Positions 52,273-64,000 of a stretch of 64,000 nt of DNA are shown piece after piece. This DNA is from Sminthopsis crassicaudata (lineage: Eukaryota). The notes under the pieces are model-generated. The model searched no databases, had not been told where the DNA came from, and worked only from the letters and a program-made list of their open reading frames with translations. Numbering within the stretch: position 1 is the stretch's first letter; each line of letters opens with the position of its first letter. Both the position numbers and the translations under genes were made by a program. The DNA is taken from the NCBI RefSeq assembly GCF_048593235.1, contig NC_133620.1, positions 295,445,765 through 295,509,764 of the forward strand, given 5' to 3'.

Positions 52273-52354
52273 CTACAATGTTACAAATCCAAATATGTAA
52301 ACATTTATACAATTAATATAATAAAAACTTTTTAATAAATAAATAAATAAATAA

Positions 52355-53772
52355 AAATCCAAATATGTAAACATATTTATACAATTATCTTGCTGCACAA
52401 GAAACATCAAGTCAAAAAAGAAAAAAATGAGAAAGAAACCAAAATGTAATCAAATAACAAAAAAAGTGAAAATGCTATGTTGTGGTCCACACTCAGTTCC
52501 CATAGCCCTCTCTCAGGATATAGATGGCTTTCTTCATCGCAAGTTCATTGGAACTGGCCTAGATCATCTCATTGTTGAAAATAGCCATGTCCATCAGAAG
52601 TCATCATTGTATGATCTTATTGCTATATATAATGATCTCTTGGTTCTGCTCATTTTACTTAGCAGCAGTTCATGTAAGTCTCTCCAGGCCTCTCTGAAAT
52701 CATCCTGCTGGTCATTTCTGACAGAACAATATTCCATGACATTCATATACCACAATTTATTCAGCCATTCTCCAACTGATGGGCATCCACTCAGTTTCCA
52801 GTTTCTTGCCACTACAAAAAGGGCTGCCACAAACATGTTTGCACATATGGGTCCTTTTCCCTCCTTTAAGATGTCTTTGGGATATAAGCCCCGTAGTAAC
52901 AGTGCTGGATCAAAGGATATGCACAGTTTGATAATCCTTTCAGCATAGTTCCAAATTGCTCTCCAGAATGATTGGATCTGTTCACAATTCCACCAATAAA
53001 CTAGTGTCCTAATTTTCCCACATCCCTCTAACATTCATCATTATCTTTTCCCATCATCTTAGCCAATCTGACAGGTGTGTAGTGGTACCTCAGAGTTGTC
53101 TTAATTTGCATTTCTCTGATCAATAGTGATTTAGAGCACCTTTTCATATAACTAGAAATGGTTTCAATTTCTTTATCTGAAAATTGTCTACTCATGTCCT
53201 TTGACCATTTATCATTTGGAGAATGGCTTGAATTCTTATAAATTTGAGTCAATTCTCTATGTTTTTAGAAATGAGACCTTTATCAGAACCTTGAATGTAA
53301 AAATTTTTCCCTTCCAATTTTGTCTGCTTTGGTTTTGTTTGTACAAATTTTAACTTAATATAATTAAAATTATTTAATTTGTGTTCATTAATGAACTTCA
53401 GTTCTTTTTTGTCCACAAGCTCCTTCCTTCTCCACAGATCTGAGATGTAAACTATGCTATGTTCTTCTAATTTGCTTATAATATTATTCTTTATGTCTAA
53501 ATCATGAACCCATTTCTACCTTATCTTGGTATATGGTATTAGGTATGGGTCAGTGCCTAGTTTCTGCCATACTAGTTTCCACCATACTAGTTTCCAATTT
53601 TCCCAGCAGTTTTTGTCAAATAGTGAGTTCTTATCCCCAAAGCTGGGTTTTTGTGTTTGTCAAACACTTGATTACTATAGTCATTGACTATTTTGTCCTG
53701 TAAATCTAATCTATTCCACTGATTGATTATTCTATTTCTTAGCCAGTGTCAAGTGGTTTTGGTGACTGCTAC
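52355..53772 (-). mobile_element. 5'-truncated L1
   Basis: ORFs 52594-53034 and 53028-53252 are L1 ORF2 C-terminal pieces. Confidence 0.92.
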
Positions 53773-53775
53773 TTC

Positions 53776-54320
53776 CAGCAGGATGATTTCAGAGAGGCCT
53801 GGAGAATTTACATGAACTGATGCTAAGTGAAATGAGCAGAATCAGGAGATCATTACACAGCAACAAGATTGTACAATGATCAATTCTGATAGACATGGCT
53901 CTCTCTTCAACAATGAGATGATTCAGACCAATTCCAATTGTTTGGTGATGAGGAATCTACACTCAAAGAGAGGACTGTGGGAACTGAGTGTGGACCACAA
54001 CATAGCATTTTCATACTTTCTGTTGTTTGATTGCATTTTATTTCCTCAGTTTTTTTTTTCTTCTTGATCTGATTTTTCTGGTACAGATAGATAAATATGT
54101 ATTCATATATTGGATTAAACATATACTTTAATATATTTAACATGTATTAGACTACCTGCCATCTAGAGGAGAGGGGTGGGGGAAAGAAGGGGTTAATTTG
54201 AAACAGAAGGCTTTGCAGGGGTCATTGTTGAAAAATTACCCATGCATATGTTTTGTCAATAAAAAGCTATAATAATAATAATAAATAAATTTTAAAAAAA
54301 GCTTTAATAAAATAAAAACA
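53776..54320 (+). mobile_element. L1 3' end
   Basis: ccagcaggatgatttcagagaggcctgg through 3'UTR and tail. Confidence 0.9.
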
Positions 54321-56129
54321 TATAATTTTAGGTCTGGCACAGCTAGACCATCTTCATATGCATTTTCTTTTCATTAATTCCCTTGAGATTCTTGACCTTT
54401 TGTTAGAAAGACATCTTTTAAACCCTGATGTTCTAATTATGTTATGTGGCTGAGAATCTTGCTGTATATAGTGGTTCACACTAAAATTCTTTAATAGTAC
54501 TTTGAGCAGTAAGTAAATATAGAATATTATGAAAGTTTCTCTGAGTTTTCATCGTTTAAAAAAAAGTTTATCAGGATCTCAGGTTGCTAATCCTGTTCTC
54601 AGGGGGAGAAAACAGATGTTCTCACTATATATTTGTGACTGCTATTGCTATGGAGAAGGGAATTTATTTTTCATTCCACTGGATGTCCAAGCAAGCAAAG
54701 TATTGAATCAAAGTTGTTTTTCCTCAGCTACTCTTTCAGCCCACAGAGTAGTCAGCTCATCTGACTCAATCATCCATCACCTTCCACACACTCTCCCCAA
54801 TGGGAACCAACAATAGGCATGCTGTGTCATCTCCTGGAGGTGTGTATCCTCCTCAAGGAAGTGGAACACATGTTTAAAGCAAAGGAGTCAGAGAGCATGT
54901 GTAACTCTATGGGAATCCCAGTCTATCTTTGCTGTAGAGACCTTCTAGCAAACTACAAGAGGCCACAGAAGTAAATAACACATTCAATGTGCAATCACCC
55001 CCAAACAAGATGAAGACAGGAAACTAATTAAGTAGAATTAGTAAGAAAAAGATAAGCAATAAGATAAAAAATTTTGTCTTGCTACAGGCTATTTATTACA
55101 AAAAAATGTACTGGGAGTTTAAAAACAGTGTCATTAAATGATTTAAAAAATATATTAAAAGTGTAAGAGGAATCATGAGGAAGTTGAAGAAAAAGAGCTG
55201 AATTGATATTTTATGGACTAAATCCCATGCTCATCTACAAATTACACAGTAGGAAATCTCAAAGCAGGATAGGGAAGACAAGACAAGAGGGAGCTGGAGA
55301 TGCATTCCTTCCAGTATGGAAGTAAGCAAAGAAAGCACAGTAATTTCTTCGGTCTTGCAATAAGAATTGGGGTAGATGGAAAATAAGGATGAAAAGGAAG
55401 GGCCTGGGATATGAATGAAATTAGAACCAGGGAAGATCTTCCTTTAGAAAATGGAAATCTTTTTTTGTGTGTGTGTGTGTTATCATAGCAACACTAGGAG
55501 ACCTTCTGACTTAACAATTCTGATAGATCCAAAAATCTACCACAATTCCAAAGTGCTCATGGTTTTTAAAAAAATGGTATTTATTTCCATGTATCGAATT
55601 GATTGACTCAAAGTGCATATGAACTGTATTTTTCCTTTCTTTTTCTTTTTTCCTCCTGAATATGACTAACACTGAAATATGTTTTACATGATTTCATATG
55701 TATGATGGATTTTATAATTCTTGTCTTTTCAGTGGGTGGGGAAGGGACAGAAGAAAGGGGAAGAATTTGGAATGAAAATAAAAATAGAATTGAATTATAA
55801 AAAAGAAAAAGTACTAAAAGGGAGCCATTAAAGAATGTCTCATGGAGGATGTGGGTGAGAGAGGTGGGTGCATATATTTGTGATAAAAAAATTTCATAAT
55901 AGTGTTTTGCTTGGGAGAATAAACAGAATAGGATATTGTAGCAAATTTATATATTTCAGGATTGAATCCTACTCCAGAAGAGGACACGCCTTCACAAACT
56001 GATATTTTTAAGATCACAGCATCAAAAACCAAAAAACAAACAAACAAACATGTGGAAGGAAGGATAGTAATATCTATGAATTAAATAACATAGAAATGGA
56101 ATAAAGAGAGGAAATTTTGTATTCATGTC

Positions 56130-58195
56130 CTTTTGAACATCTCAAACCAAATGACCTGTAGACAATCTTAAGCTTAACATATTCAAAACTGAACTCATTA
56201 TCTTTTTTTTTTTTTTTAATTAACTCCTTTCTAGCTTTCTGATGACTACTGTGGAGAGCAACACTATATTCCTTGTCACCCAGGCTTAAAATCTCGATAC
56301 CATTCCCACTTATCCCTTTTTCTCACTTCTATTTCTAATCTGTTGCTAAATCTTGTTGACTGTCTATTATAGGATTCATTCTCTCCTCTGACACTGCCAC
56401 CACTTTGGTGCAGATTGTCATCACCTTACTCCTAGACTATACCAATAGTTATCTGGGGGATCTGCCTACTTTAAATCTTTCCTCACTCTTGATTCCTCTA
56501 TTCATCTATTTAAAATGTATTTTCCCAAGTTACCTGTAAAAACATTTTTTGTTTATACATGTACATTCATTTTATTGCTTTTTTTCACACATGTACATTA
56601 ATTTTTTAAGTACACAGAAATTTTTGAATCATATTAGAAGAGAAAAATCAGAATGAAAAGGGAAAACCATGAAAGGGGAAAAAAGCAGAAAAAAAAGGGA
56701 GAGGGAAGTATACATAGCATATATTTTGATTTGCATTCATTTTTCATAATACTCTCTCTGGATATAGATGGCATTTTCTATCCAAAGTTTATTGGGATTG
56801 CCTTGGATCACTAAACTACTGAAAGCCAGATCTTTCATAGCTGATCATCACATAATCTTTTTGTTAGGGTGTACAATATATTCCTGGTGCTTTTTTTTTT
56901 TTTGTTCAGCATCAGTTCATGTAAATCTTTCCAAGCCTTTCTAAAATTAGCTTGTTCATCTTTTTTTTTCTTTTTGTTTTTAAAATATATGCAGTTTTCA
57001 ACATTCATCTTGTAAAATCTTGTGTTCCAAATTTTTTCTCCCTCCCTGCCTCTACTCCCTTCCTTAGAGAGCAATTGATTTAATATATGTTAAACATGTG
57101 TAATTCTTCTATACATATTTCCATAATCATCATGCTGCACAAGAAAAATCAGATTAAAAAAGAAAAAAAAGAGAAAGACAACAAAAACAAAAATAAAAAT
57201 GGTGAAAATACTATATTGTGACCCAAATTCAGTCCCCACAGTCCTTTCTTTGGATGAGGATGGCACTTTCCATCACAAGTCTATTGGAACTAGCCTGAAT
57301 CACTTCATTATTGAAAAAAGCCAAGTCCATCACAATTGATCATCATGTAAACATGTTGTACAATGTTCTCTTGCTTCTACTTACTTTACTTAGTGTCAGT
57401 TCATGTAAGTCTCTCCAGGCCTTTCTGAAATCATCCTGCAGATGGTTTTCTATAACAATCTATAACAATTTCTATAACAATAATATTCCATAACATTCAT
57501 ATACTCTAATTTATTCAGCCATTATTCCCCAAATGAGGGCATCCACTCAGTTTCCAGTTTCTTGCCACTTCAAAAAAGATTGCCACAAACATTTTTGCAC
57601 ATGTGGGTTCCTTTCTCTCCTTTATGATTTCTTTGGAATATGGGCCAAATAGAAACACTGCTGAATCAAAGATATGTATAGTTTGATAGTCTTTTGGGTA
57701 TAATTCCATATTGCTCTCCAGAATAGCTGGATCACTTCACAATTCCACCAACAATGCATCAGTGTCCCAGTTTTCCCACATCCCCTCCAACATTTATCAT
57801 TATCTTTTCCTGTCATCTTAGTCAATCTGACAGGTATGTAGTGGTACCTCAGAGTTGTCTTTATATTTCTCTGATCAAAAGTAATTTAGAACATGTTATC
57901 ATATAACTAGAAATGGTTTCAATTTTTTTATCTGAAAATTGTCTGACCATTTATCAAATTGTCCTTTGACCATTTATCAAATGGAGAATGACTTATATTC
58001 TTATAAATTTGAGTCAATTCTCTATAGATTTTAGAAATGAGGCCTTTTCAGACTGATATTCCTAAAGCAGAGGTTCAATCATGTCAAACATCTCTCCTTA
58101 TCTGAATCAACTCCCAAAGTTCCCTATTACTTCCAAAATATAAAAAATATAAAATCGTCTGACTTTAAAGCTCTTCATAACCTGACCTTTTTTAC
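56130..58195. mobile_element. L2 remnant (+) split by two antisense L1 3' fragments (about 56530-58050)
   Basis: ttaacatattcaaaactgaactcattatc L2 text; ORFs 57515-57825 are L1 ORF2. Confidence 0.75.
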
Positions 58196-58205
58196 CCTCA
58201 CCTTA

Positions 58206-58626
58206 TGTAAATAGCAAAATTTCTCTAGCTTTACTCTTTCTGACTGAGGCTGATTATATCTCCCTCTTATGTTGGGGGGGAGCCCTGAAATTTTGAGATG
58301 TTTCTTTTTTAAGTCAATCAAGTTGGGATTCCCCCATTTCCAGGTGTGTTTCCTCTCACTGTTAACTGTCAATGACTTGCATGCCAGTTCCATTGAGCCA
58401 ATTAATACGAATTGGGTTTTACAAAAGGATAAGGTATTTAAAGCTCAGATTTAATGCAATCTCCACATAGCAGAGCTCCCTCCTAAATGCACATAAGATA
58501 TTTCTGCCAGATGAGTCTGCCCTTCTCTTACCATTTCCTTGGAGCTTCAATGCTGGGGAAGACTGCAAAACCAATCATGAATTCAACTCCTGCACTCTTG
58601 GACTTTGGATAATTGCTACCCTGACA
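58206..58626 (+). mobile_element. Probable solo LTR, about 420 bp
   Basis: TGTAA...CTGACA ends, GGTATTTAAAG TATA-like motif, CCAAT; no TSD visible. Confidence 0.55.
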
Positions 58627-59154
58627 TTTTTTTTTTTAATTTCAATTTAATTAAGACCTAGATTGCTTTCTCTCTCTTTTTTTTTTTTTTTTAAATCAGT
58701 AGAAATCTGCTTTCTCTCCCTCTCCTCTTCTCTCCTCTCATACCTGAACAAGGAAAAACACAAATACTATTACATACATTTATAATCAAGCAAAACAAAT
58801 TCCATATTGGCCAAGTTTTTTTTTTTTTAAAGTGTTTTTCTGTACTCTGAGTCTTTTACCTTTCTTAGAAATAATGAGTAGCATATTTCATTTTGAGTTC
58901 TCTGGAATTTTGGTTGGTCATTGGATTGATGCACGTTTCCATTTTTTTCAAAGATGTTTGTTTTTGTTTTTGTTTTTTGTTTTTTGTTTTTTACAGTACT
59001 ATTGATATAATAGAAATGTTCTTCTGGTTCTTCTCATATCAATTTGCATCAGTTCATACAAGTCTCAGTTCTCTAAAACTACCTCCCTTCATCATTTCTT
59101 ACCACATGATAGTATTCTAACACATTATATATGTGTGTGAATCTAAAAGAAAAG

Positions 59155-59255
59155 ATTATACACATGCACATATGTGCACACATACATTTGTGTGTGGTTG
59201 GATATATATATATATAATATACATATGTATATATATATACATATATATATACATA
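59155..59255. repeat. Mixed (CA)/(TA) microsatellite
   Basis: Direct reading. Confidence 0.85.
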
Positions 59256-59294
59256 TCATCTTTTTATTCAGTTTCAAGTCTTTCCCTTCTATTT

Positions 59295-59395
59295 TAGTTT
59301 AGAATTTCTAGTTTAGAATATTCTAGTTTAGAATTTAGTTTGGAATATTCTAGTTTAGAATTTAGTTTAGAATATTCTAGTTTAGAATTCTAAAC
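59295..59395. repeat. Minisatellite, 7 copies of core TAGTTT(A/G)GAAT
   Basis: Mostly alternating 15/12-nt units; ends in palindrome gtttagaattctaaac. Confidence 0.9.
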
Positions 59396-59519
59396 TCAGC
59401 TGTCCAGATGATATTATTAAAGCAAAGCATGTATGTCTAGTTTGTCTAACTTGACTAATTTTATCCTCAGTGAGATAGGAGTAGCCTCCTTGATTGGCTT
59501 CCTTCATCTTTAAAAATGG

Positions 59520-60465
59520 TGAGACCTCATTTCCAAAATATATAGAGAATTGACTCTAATTTATAAGAAATCAAGCCATTCTCCACTTGATAAATGGTCA
59601 AAGGATATGAACAGACAATTTCCAGACAAAGAAATGGAAACTATTTCCACTCATATGAAAGAGTGTTCCAAATCACTATTGATTAGGAAATGCAAATTAA
59701 GACAACTCTGAGATACCACTACACATCTGTCAGATTGGCTAAGATGACAGGAACAAATAATGATGAATGTTGGAGATGCGGGAAAACTGGGACACTGATA
59801 CATTGCTGGTGGAGTTGTGAAAGAATCCAGCCATTCTGGAGAGCAATCTGTAATTATGCCCCAAAAGTTATCAAACTGTGCATACCCTTTGATCTAGCAG
59901 TGCTACTACTGGGCTTATATTCCAAGGAAATACTAAAGAAGGGAAAGGGACCTGTATGTGCCAAAATGTTTGTGGCAGCCATTTTTGTAGTGGCTAGAAA
60001 CTGGAAAATGAATGGATGGCCTTCAATTGGAGAATGGTTGGGTAAATTATGGTATATGAATGCTATGGAATATTATTGTTCTGTAAGTAATGACCAACAG
60101 GAGAAATACAGAGAGGCTTGGAGAGACTTACATCAACTGATGCTGAGTGAAATGAGCAGAGCCAGCTACACCCAGAGAAGGAACACTGGGAAATGAGTGT
60201 AAACTGTTTGCATTTTCGTTTTTCTTCCCAGGTTATTTTTTACCTTCTGAATCCAATTCTCCCTGCACAAAAAAAGAACTGTTTGGTCCTACACACATAT
60301 ATACTATAACATATTTAACTCGTATAAGACTGCTTGCCATCTAGGGGAGGGGGTGAAGGGAGGGAAGGGAAAAGTCGGAACAAAAGTGAGTGCAAGCGAT
60401 AATGTTGTAAAAAGTTACCCAAGTATGTGTTCTGTCAAAAAAATAAAATAAAATAAAATAATGAG
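59520..60465 (+). mobile_element. Young 5'-truncated L1
   Basis: 168-aa ORF2 C-terminal ORF, same 3'UTR type as 9178-10159 and 49795-50952. Confidence 0.93.
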
Positions 60466-61312
60466 GCCTAAATTGCTCTTTCTCTGTGTCATTTTTTAAA
60501 TTGACCTCTTTTCTGTTACTCCTAGCTGCTATAGCCAGCATGGAGCCCTTGAACTGAACAGGGAGGACCTTGTTTTCTCTGCTTGTTTTTCTTTTATCTC
60601 AGCTCCAATAAATGAGTCTGGGGCAGAAGGGGGAAGTGGTATTTATATTCTGTGTTGTTAGGCCTCAGTTTGAGATGCTAGAGATGATCCTCCTGGAATA
60701 GGAGATGGGATGAATCTAAGGAGAGTTTTTGGACTTTGGACTAATACTGCTCTTTAAGACCTGAGCTAAACTATGAACTTAATTTCTTTTCCTTCCACAG
60801 AGATTGAGGTGATGTAGGGGGAAGGTTTTGCCTCTCACCTCCCACTTGTGTGGGATATGCATATATGTAAATATGAATATATGTGTGTATATACACACAT
60901 GTCCTCCCTTTAATTCCCCCTTCCCTTCTGCCTTTTCATCTCCTCGTTTGTAAAGATTCCTTCTTGCATATAAGATAATTTTCCCATTTGTTCTTTTCTC
61001 TTTCCCTACCTACTATATTCTTCTTCCCTTCCCTTTCCATTTTTCTTTTAACATCATCATGACATAACAGAGCCTCTCTTCCCTGATCTTTTCAAAATTT
61101 CTTTTCTTAGCTTCCAGATTAATCTCCTTTACTTATAATAGAAGAGCAAAAACTGAAGCAAAGAATTCATGAGCATATATAGTTTTCAAATAGGAAGAAT
61201 CCATCCAAGGCTTTTACCTTTACAACAATATCTTCCATTAAAATGTTGTCAAGATATAAAGGGTAAGGAGTATCTTTTGAATGCTTCACAAGCCATCCAA
61301 AAAGGCTTCTAT

Positions 61313-61806
61313 TTATGTGGCTAACAGATCAGAAACCATTACAGAATATTTGCACATGCTCCTGAAATGGAAGGACACCCCTTTGGATAGTGAGAAACAT
61401 AATCTTGAAACTGTAGTCAGAAATTTGTTACTAGCTCTTTTCACCGTAATGCAGATAGTATTTTTACACCCCCAGATGCGCTGCCCTAAATAGCCTAAGA
61501 CCTTGACAACTTGATAAGCATAAAGAAATACTGTCTTATTGGTGTCTGGGAATGGCATCCTTAGTGTGAAAACCTTTGCCTCTTGTCTAGGATGGAAATT
61601 CCTTTTAGTATGACAAATGTATCAGGGAACTTTTTTTCTTTTTCTATACATATATGGCCCTGAAACTTCTTATCACTGACCCCCAATCCTGACGGGGACT
61701 CAGTTCTGGCCAGTGACAATAAATGCTCTAAATTTTCATTATTTTGGCTGTCCTGTATTTTCTCTTGTCTAGGCACTTCACTCCAAAGTCTTTCCAAGGC
61801 ACTCAT
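61313..61806 (-). mobile_element. Decayed ERV pol fragment (RT end / connection domain), probably class I-like
   Basis: GVSDKKFQ and PFPDTNKTVFLY..LGYLGQR resemble recalled gammaretroviral G..S.KK.Q and LPDLTKPF.L...GVLTQ motifs; no YxDD seen. Confidence 0.45.
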
Positions 61807-62506
61807 TACAAATTATTCATAACTCTTGGAAGCAGGCTTCCCAATCTCTTAAGAATAAGGACCTTATGTTCATAAGAACTAGGCTTAGTATTCAGTCTTC
61901 ATTACATGTATAGCAGAATATTTCTAGTAGTAAATTTTATGGTAGCCAAGAAATGGAAACAAGATAGGTATCCCTCAATTGGGTAATGATTTCTCCTAAT
62001 TAAAATTTAGGCTTACCTGATTACAGGTATTAAAAACATAGGAGCTGTTGGAAGGGAGGAAGGGAAATATTTGCTTTGGGTAAAGCAAGGTTGAAACAGT
62101 CATTAATGAGTCAGTTTCAGCAATGGGCATGGGGATGGCTAATAAAGCAGCAGGTGTTAATTTTATTGCCATAAAGGTTATATAAACTATAATATGCATG
62201 TGTGGTTTCCCTTTGGATCATAAGAAATGGGGAAATAAGAATTTAAATAGAAAGTGAGTTGTAAGATATATATTTGGGAGATTTTCCTGGAGTTCTAGAA
62301 GAAAATAAAATAATAAGCCAGTTTTATGGCAAATCAATGAAACACTTAGAATGATTTTGTGTTTGTAACTCTCCATGAAAACATTCAGGCACTGGTGATG
62401 CTATGATAATAGTACATGTGCAGTTGATTCTCTCCAGTTAAATTACCAAGCCTGTCTGCTGTCCTTGTTTTTCCTTTCTCCTCTAGTGGTTATGTTTTTG
62501 AGATAG

Positions 62507-62960
62507 AGAGTAGGAAGTCAGCTGGTAGAGTTATTGAAACTCCAGGCTCAATTACAATGTGATTACAGATTTACAAAGGTTTGTGCATCCCCTTTGCTGT
62601 ATAATCATACAGGACAAGATCATGATTGGGACAGTATCAAGAGGCATTTGAATAGCATATTTCTTAATAACTCAATTGAAGATGACATAGAAAGTTTATA
62701 TAAATTAACATCTGATATAGAGAAAGCTTCTCATGGAGATTTGAATCCAGATAAAACTGCTGAAAAAAATCAAAGTTTGGTTTGATAGTACTTCTTGATG
62801 GTGGTTAAAATTAGACCATGGATTGCCCTGTGTGTTATATTGTTATTGCTTTGTTGTTGCCCTGTAATATTAGGATGCTTTTATGGCTCTTTCTCCACCA
62901 TCCTTTCAGAGGTTGCAGTTCAAGAAAGGACTTTTTATGTAAAATATAAAAAGAGGGAAT
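62507..62960 (+). mobile_element. Betaretrovirus-like env TM remnant plus polypurine tract
   Basis: LQAQLQCDYRFTKVC (CX7C), YNHT..DWDSIKRHL..NNSIEDDI, hydrophobic anchor WIALCVILLLLCCCPVIL, PPT AAAAAGAGGGAA; in-frame stops. Confidence 0.85.
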
Positions 62961-63427
62961 TGTTAGGCTATGGGACTCTGCAGAGAGGGACTACTAAGGC
63001 CACCTCGACCTTTGGTGCACAATAAGTTTTCTGCCACCTTGTGGAAATACCCTGGTTGAGCAAAGAGCAATGATCTGTGATCATGGGAATGGGGAATGAG
63101 CCTGAGGGTCACAGCGTAATTGCTTATGAGCAGGGATACCTGAACAGGGCCTCTGACCTATGAACAAGTTGCTAAATTGCTGGATTGGCTCTCCTCCCAT
63201 CTGCAGATACCGTGCACATGCAAAGCCCACAAGCTATTTTTCTGAATGATGATTTGGAATTGCCTACTGTTCACATGCTGATCACACTTGCAAAAATGTA
63301 TATCAACAAGGCTATATTGCATAATAAACTGGAGCTCTTCTCACATTCTATGAGTCTCCTGCTTCATTCATCTCATCTCTAAGATCAAAGAGCTCATAAG
63401 CTTTAAGCTCTTAAGAGGGCCACTTCA
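62961..63427 (+). mobile_element. 3' LTR of the betaretroviral remnant (right end tentative)
   Basis: Starts TGTTAGG just after the PPT; TATA-like at about 63298, AATAAA at about 63323, candidate end ...CACTTCA. Confidence 0.7.
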
Positions 63428-64000
63428 TTGTCTCCCGGGAAAAGGTATAAAAGATAGTGTGCCCCTGGTTTGCAAAGGGTTATTTATAATTTGGTTCCTA
63501 TTATATTTATTCTGTATATCTCCCTTTGTAAAAACTAATCAATATTACTTGGTAAACTACTATTGGCAGAAAATTATGAGGCAGTAATCAATGGTAATTG
63601 ATATTTGGGTAAACACATCATAATGGGGGCTCAAGTAAGTAATGTTTAAAAAGATACATTTCAGGAGCAAAGCAAATATTGTGAAATACAGATTATAATC
63701 CAACTCAACCTTATATAATCCACCATTCATTCCTTTACAAACAACTTTAAAGTAACTCCTCAAAATTGCACATGTTTTAATTGTGTTGGATTACTTGCTA
63801 TCTAGGGGAGTAGTGGAATGGGGAAGAAGGGGAAAAAATTGGAACACAAGATTTTGTAAGGGTGGATGTTGAAAACTATCTTTGCATGTATTTTGAAAAG
63901 TAAATAGCCATTCCTATAAAAATAAAAAAAGAAAGTAAATGAAAAATAAATAACTCCTCAAATCAAATTTTAGAGTAGTATAGCCAACAAAATGTCAGAG

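Noticed and set aside
54848-54876. PPQGSGTHV resembling VMO1 exon 2 (PPQG...THV)
   Set aside because: Requires a large deletion and lacks GDDTALN and Cys/Trp motifs; not supportable.
61313-63427. pol and env remnants as one provirus
   Set aside because: Opposite strands and apparently different retroviral classes.

Overview
Vertebrate genomic DNA, almost certainly from a marsupial. The CORE-SINE and L1 types look dasyurid-like, but that is inferred from memory, not a database search. The window is the syntenic equivalent of human 17p13.2. On the minus strand it carries GLTPD2 (4 coding exons, 286 aa), PSMB6 (6 exons, 239 aa), PLD2 (24 coding exons, 933 aa, both HKD motifs intact) and the first coding exon of MINK1, whose intron 1 fills positions 1-21646. 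On the plus strand lies a two-exon 77-aa C17orf114 orthologue that the ORF track misses. All exon boundaries were read by hand, show GT-AG, and sum to intact frames. The rest is L1 3' fragments, L2, MIR/CORE-SINEs, several solo LTRs, two ERV remnants and a NEK1 retrocopy fragment. I found no well-supported novel multi-gene system. The best leads are the conserved C17orf114 microprotein, a candidate stop-restart cassette exon in MINK1 intron 1, a 5'-only NEK1 retrocopy ending at an exon junction, a 97%-identical MIR duplicated between two PLD2 introns, a betaretroviral env-TM plus LTR remnant, and the absence of VMO1 from its expected position. Repeat boundaries are approximate.
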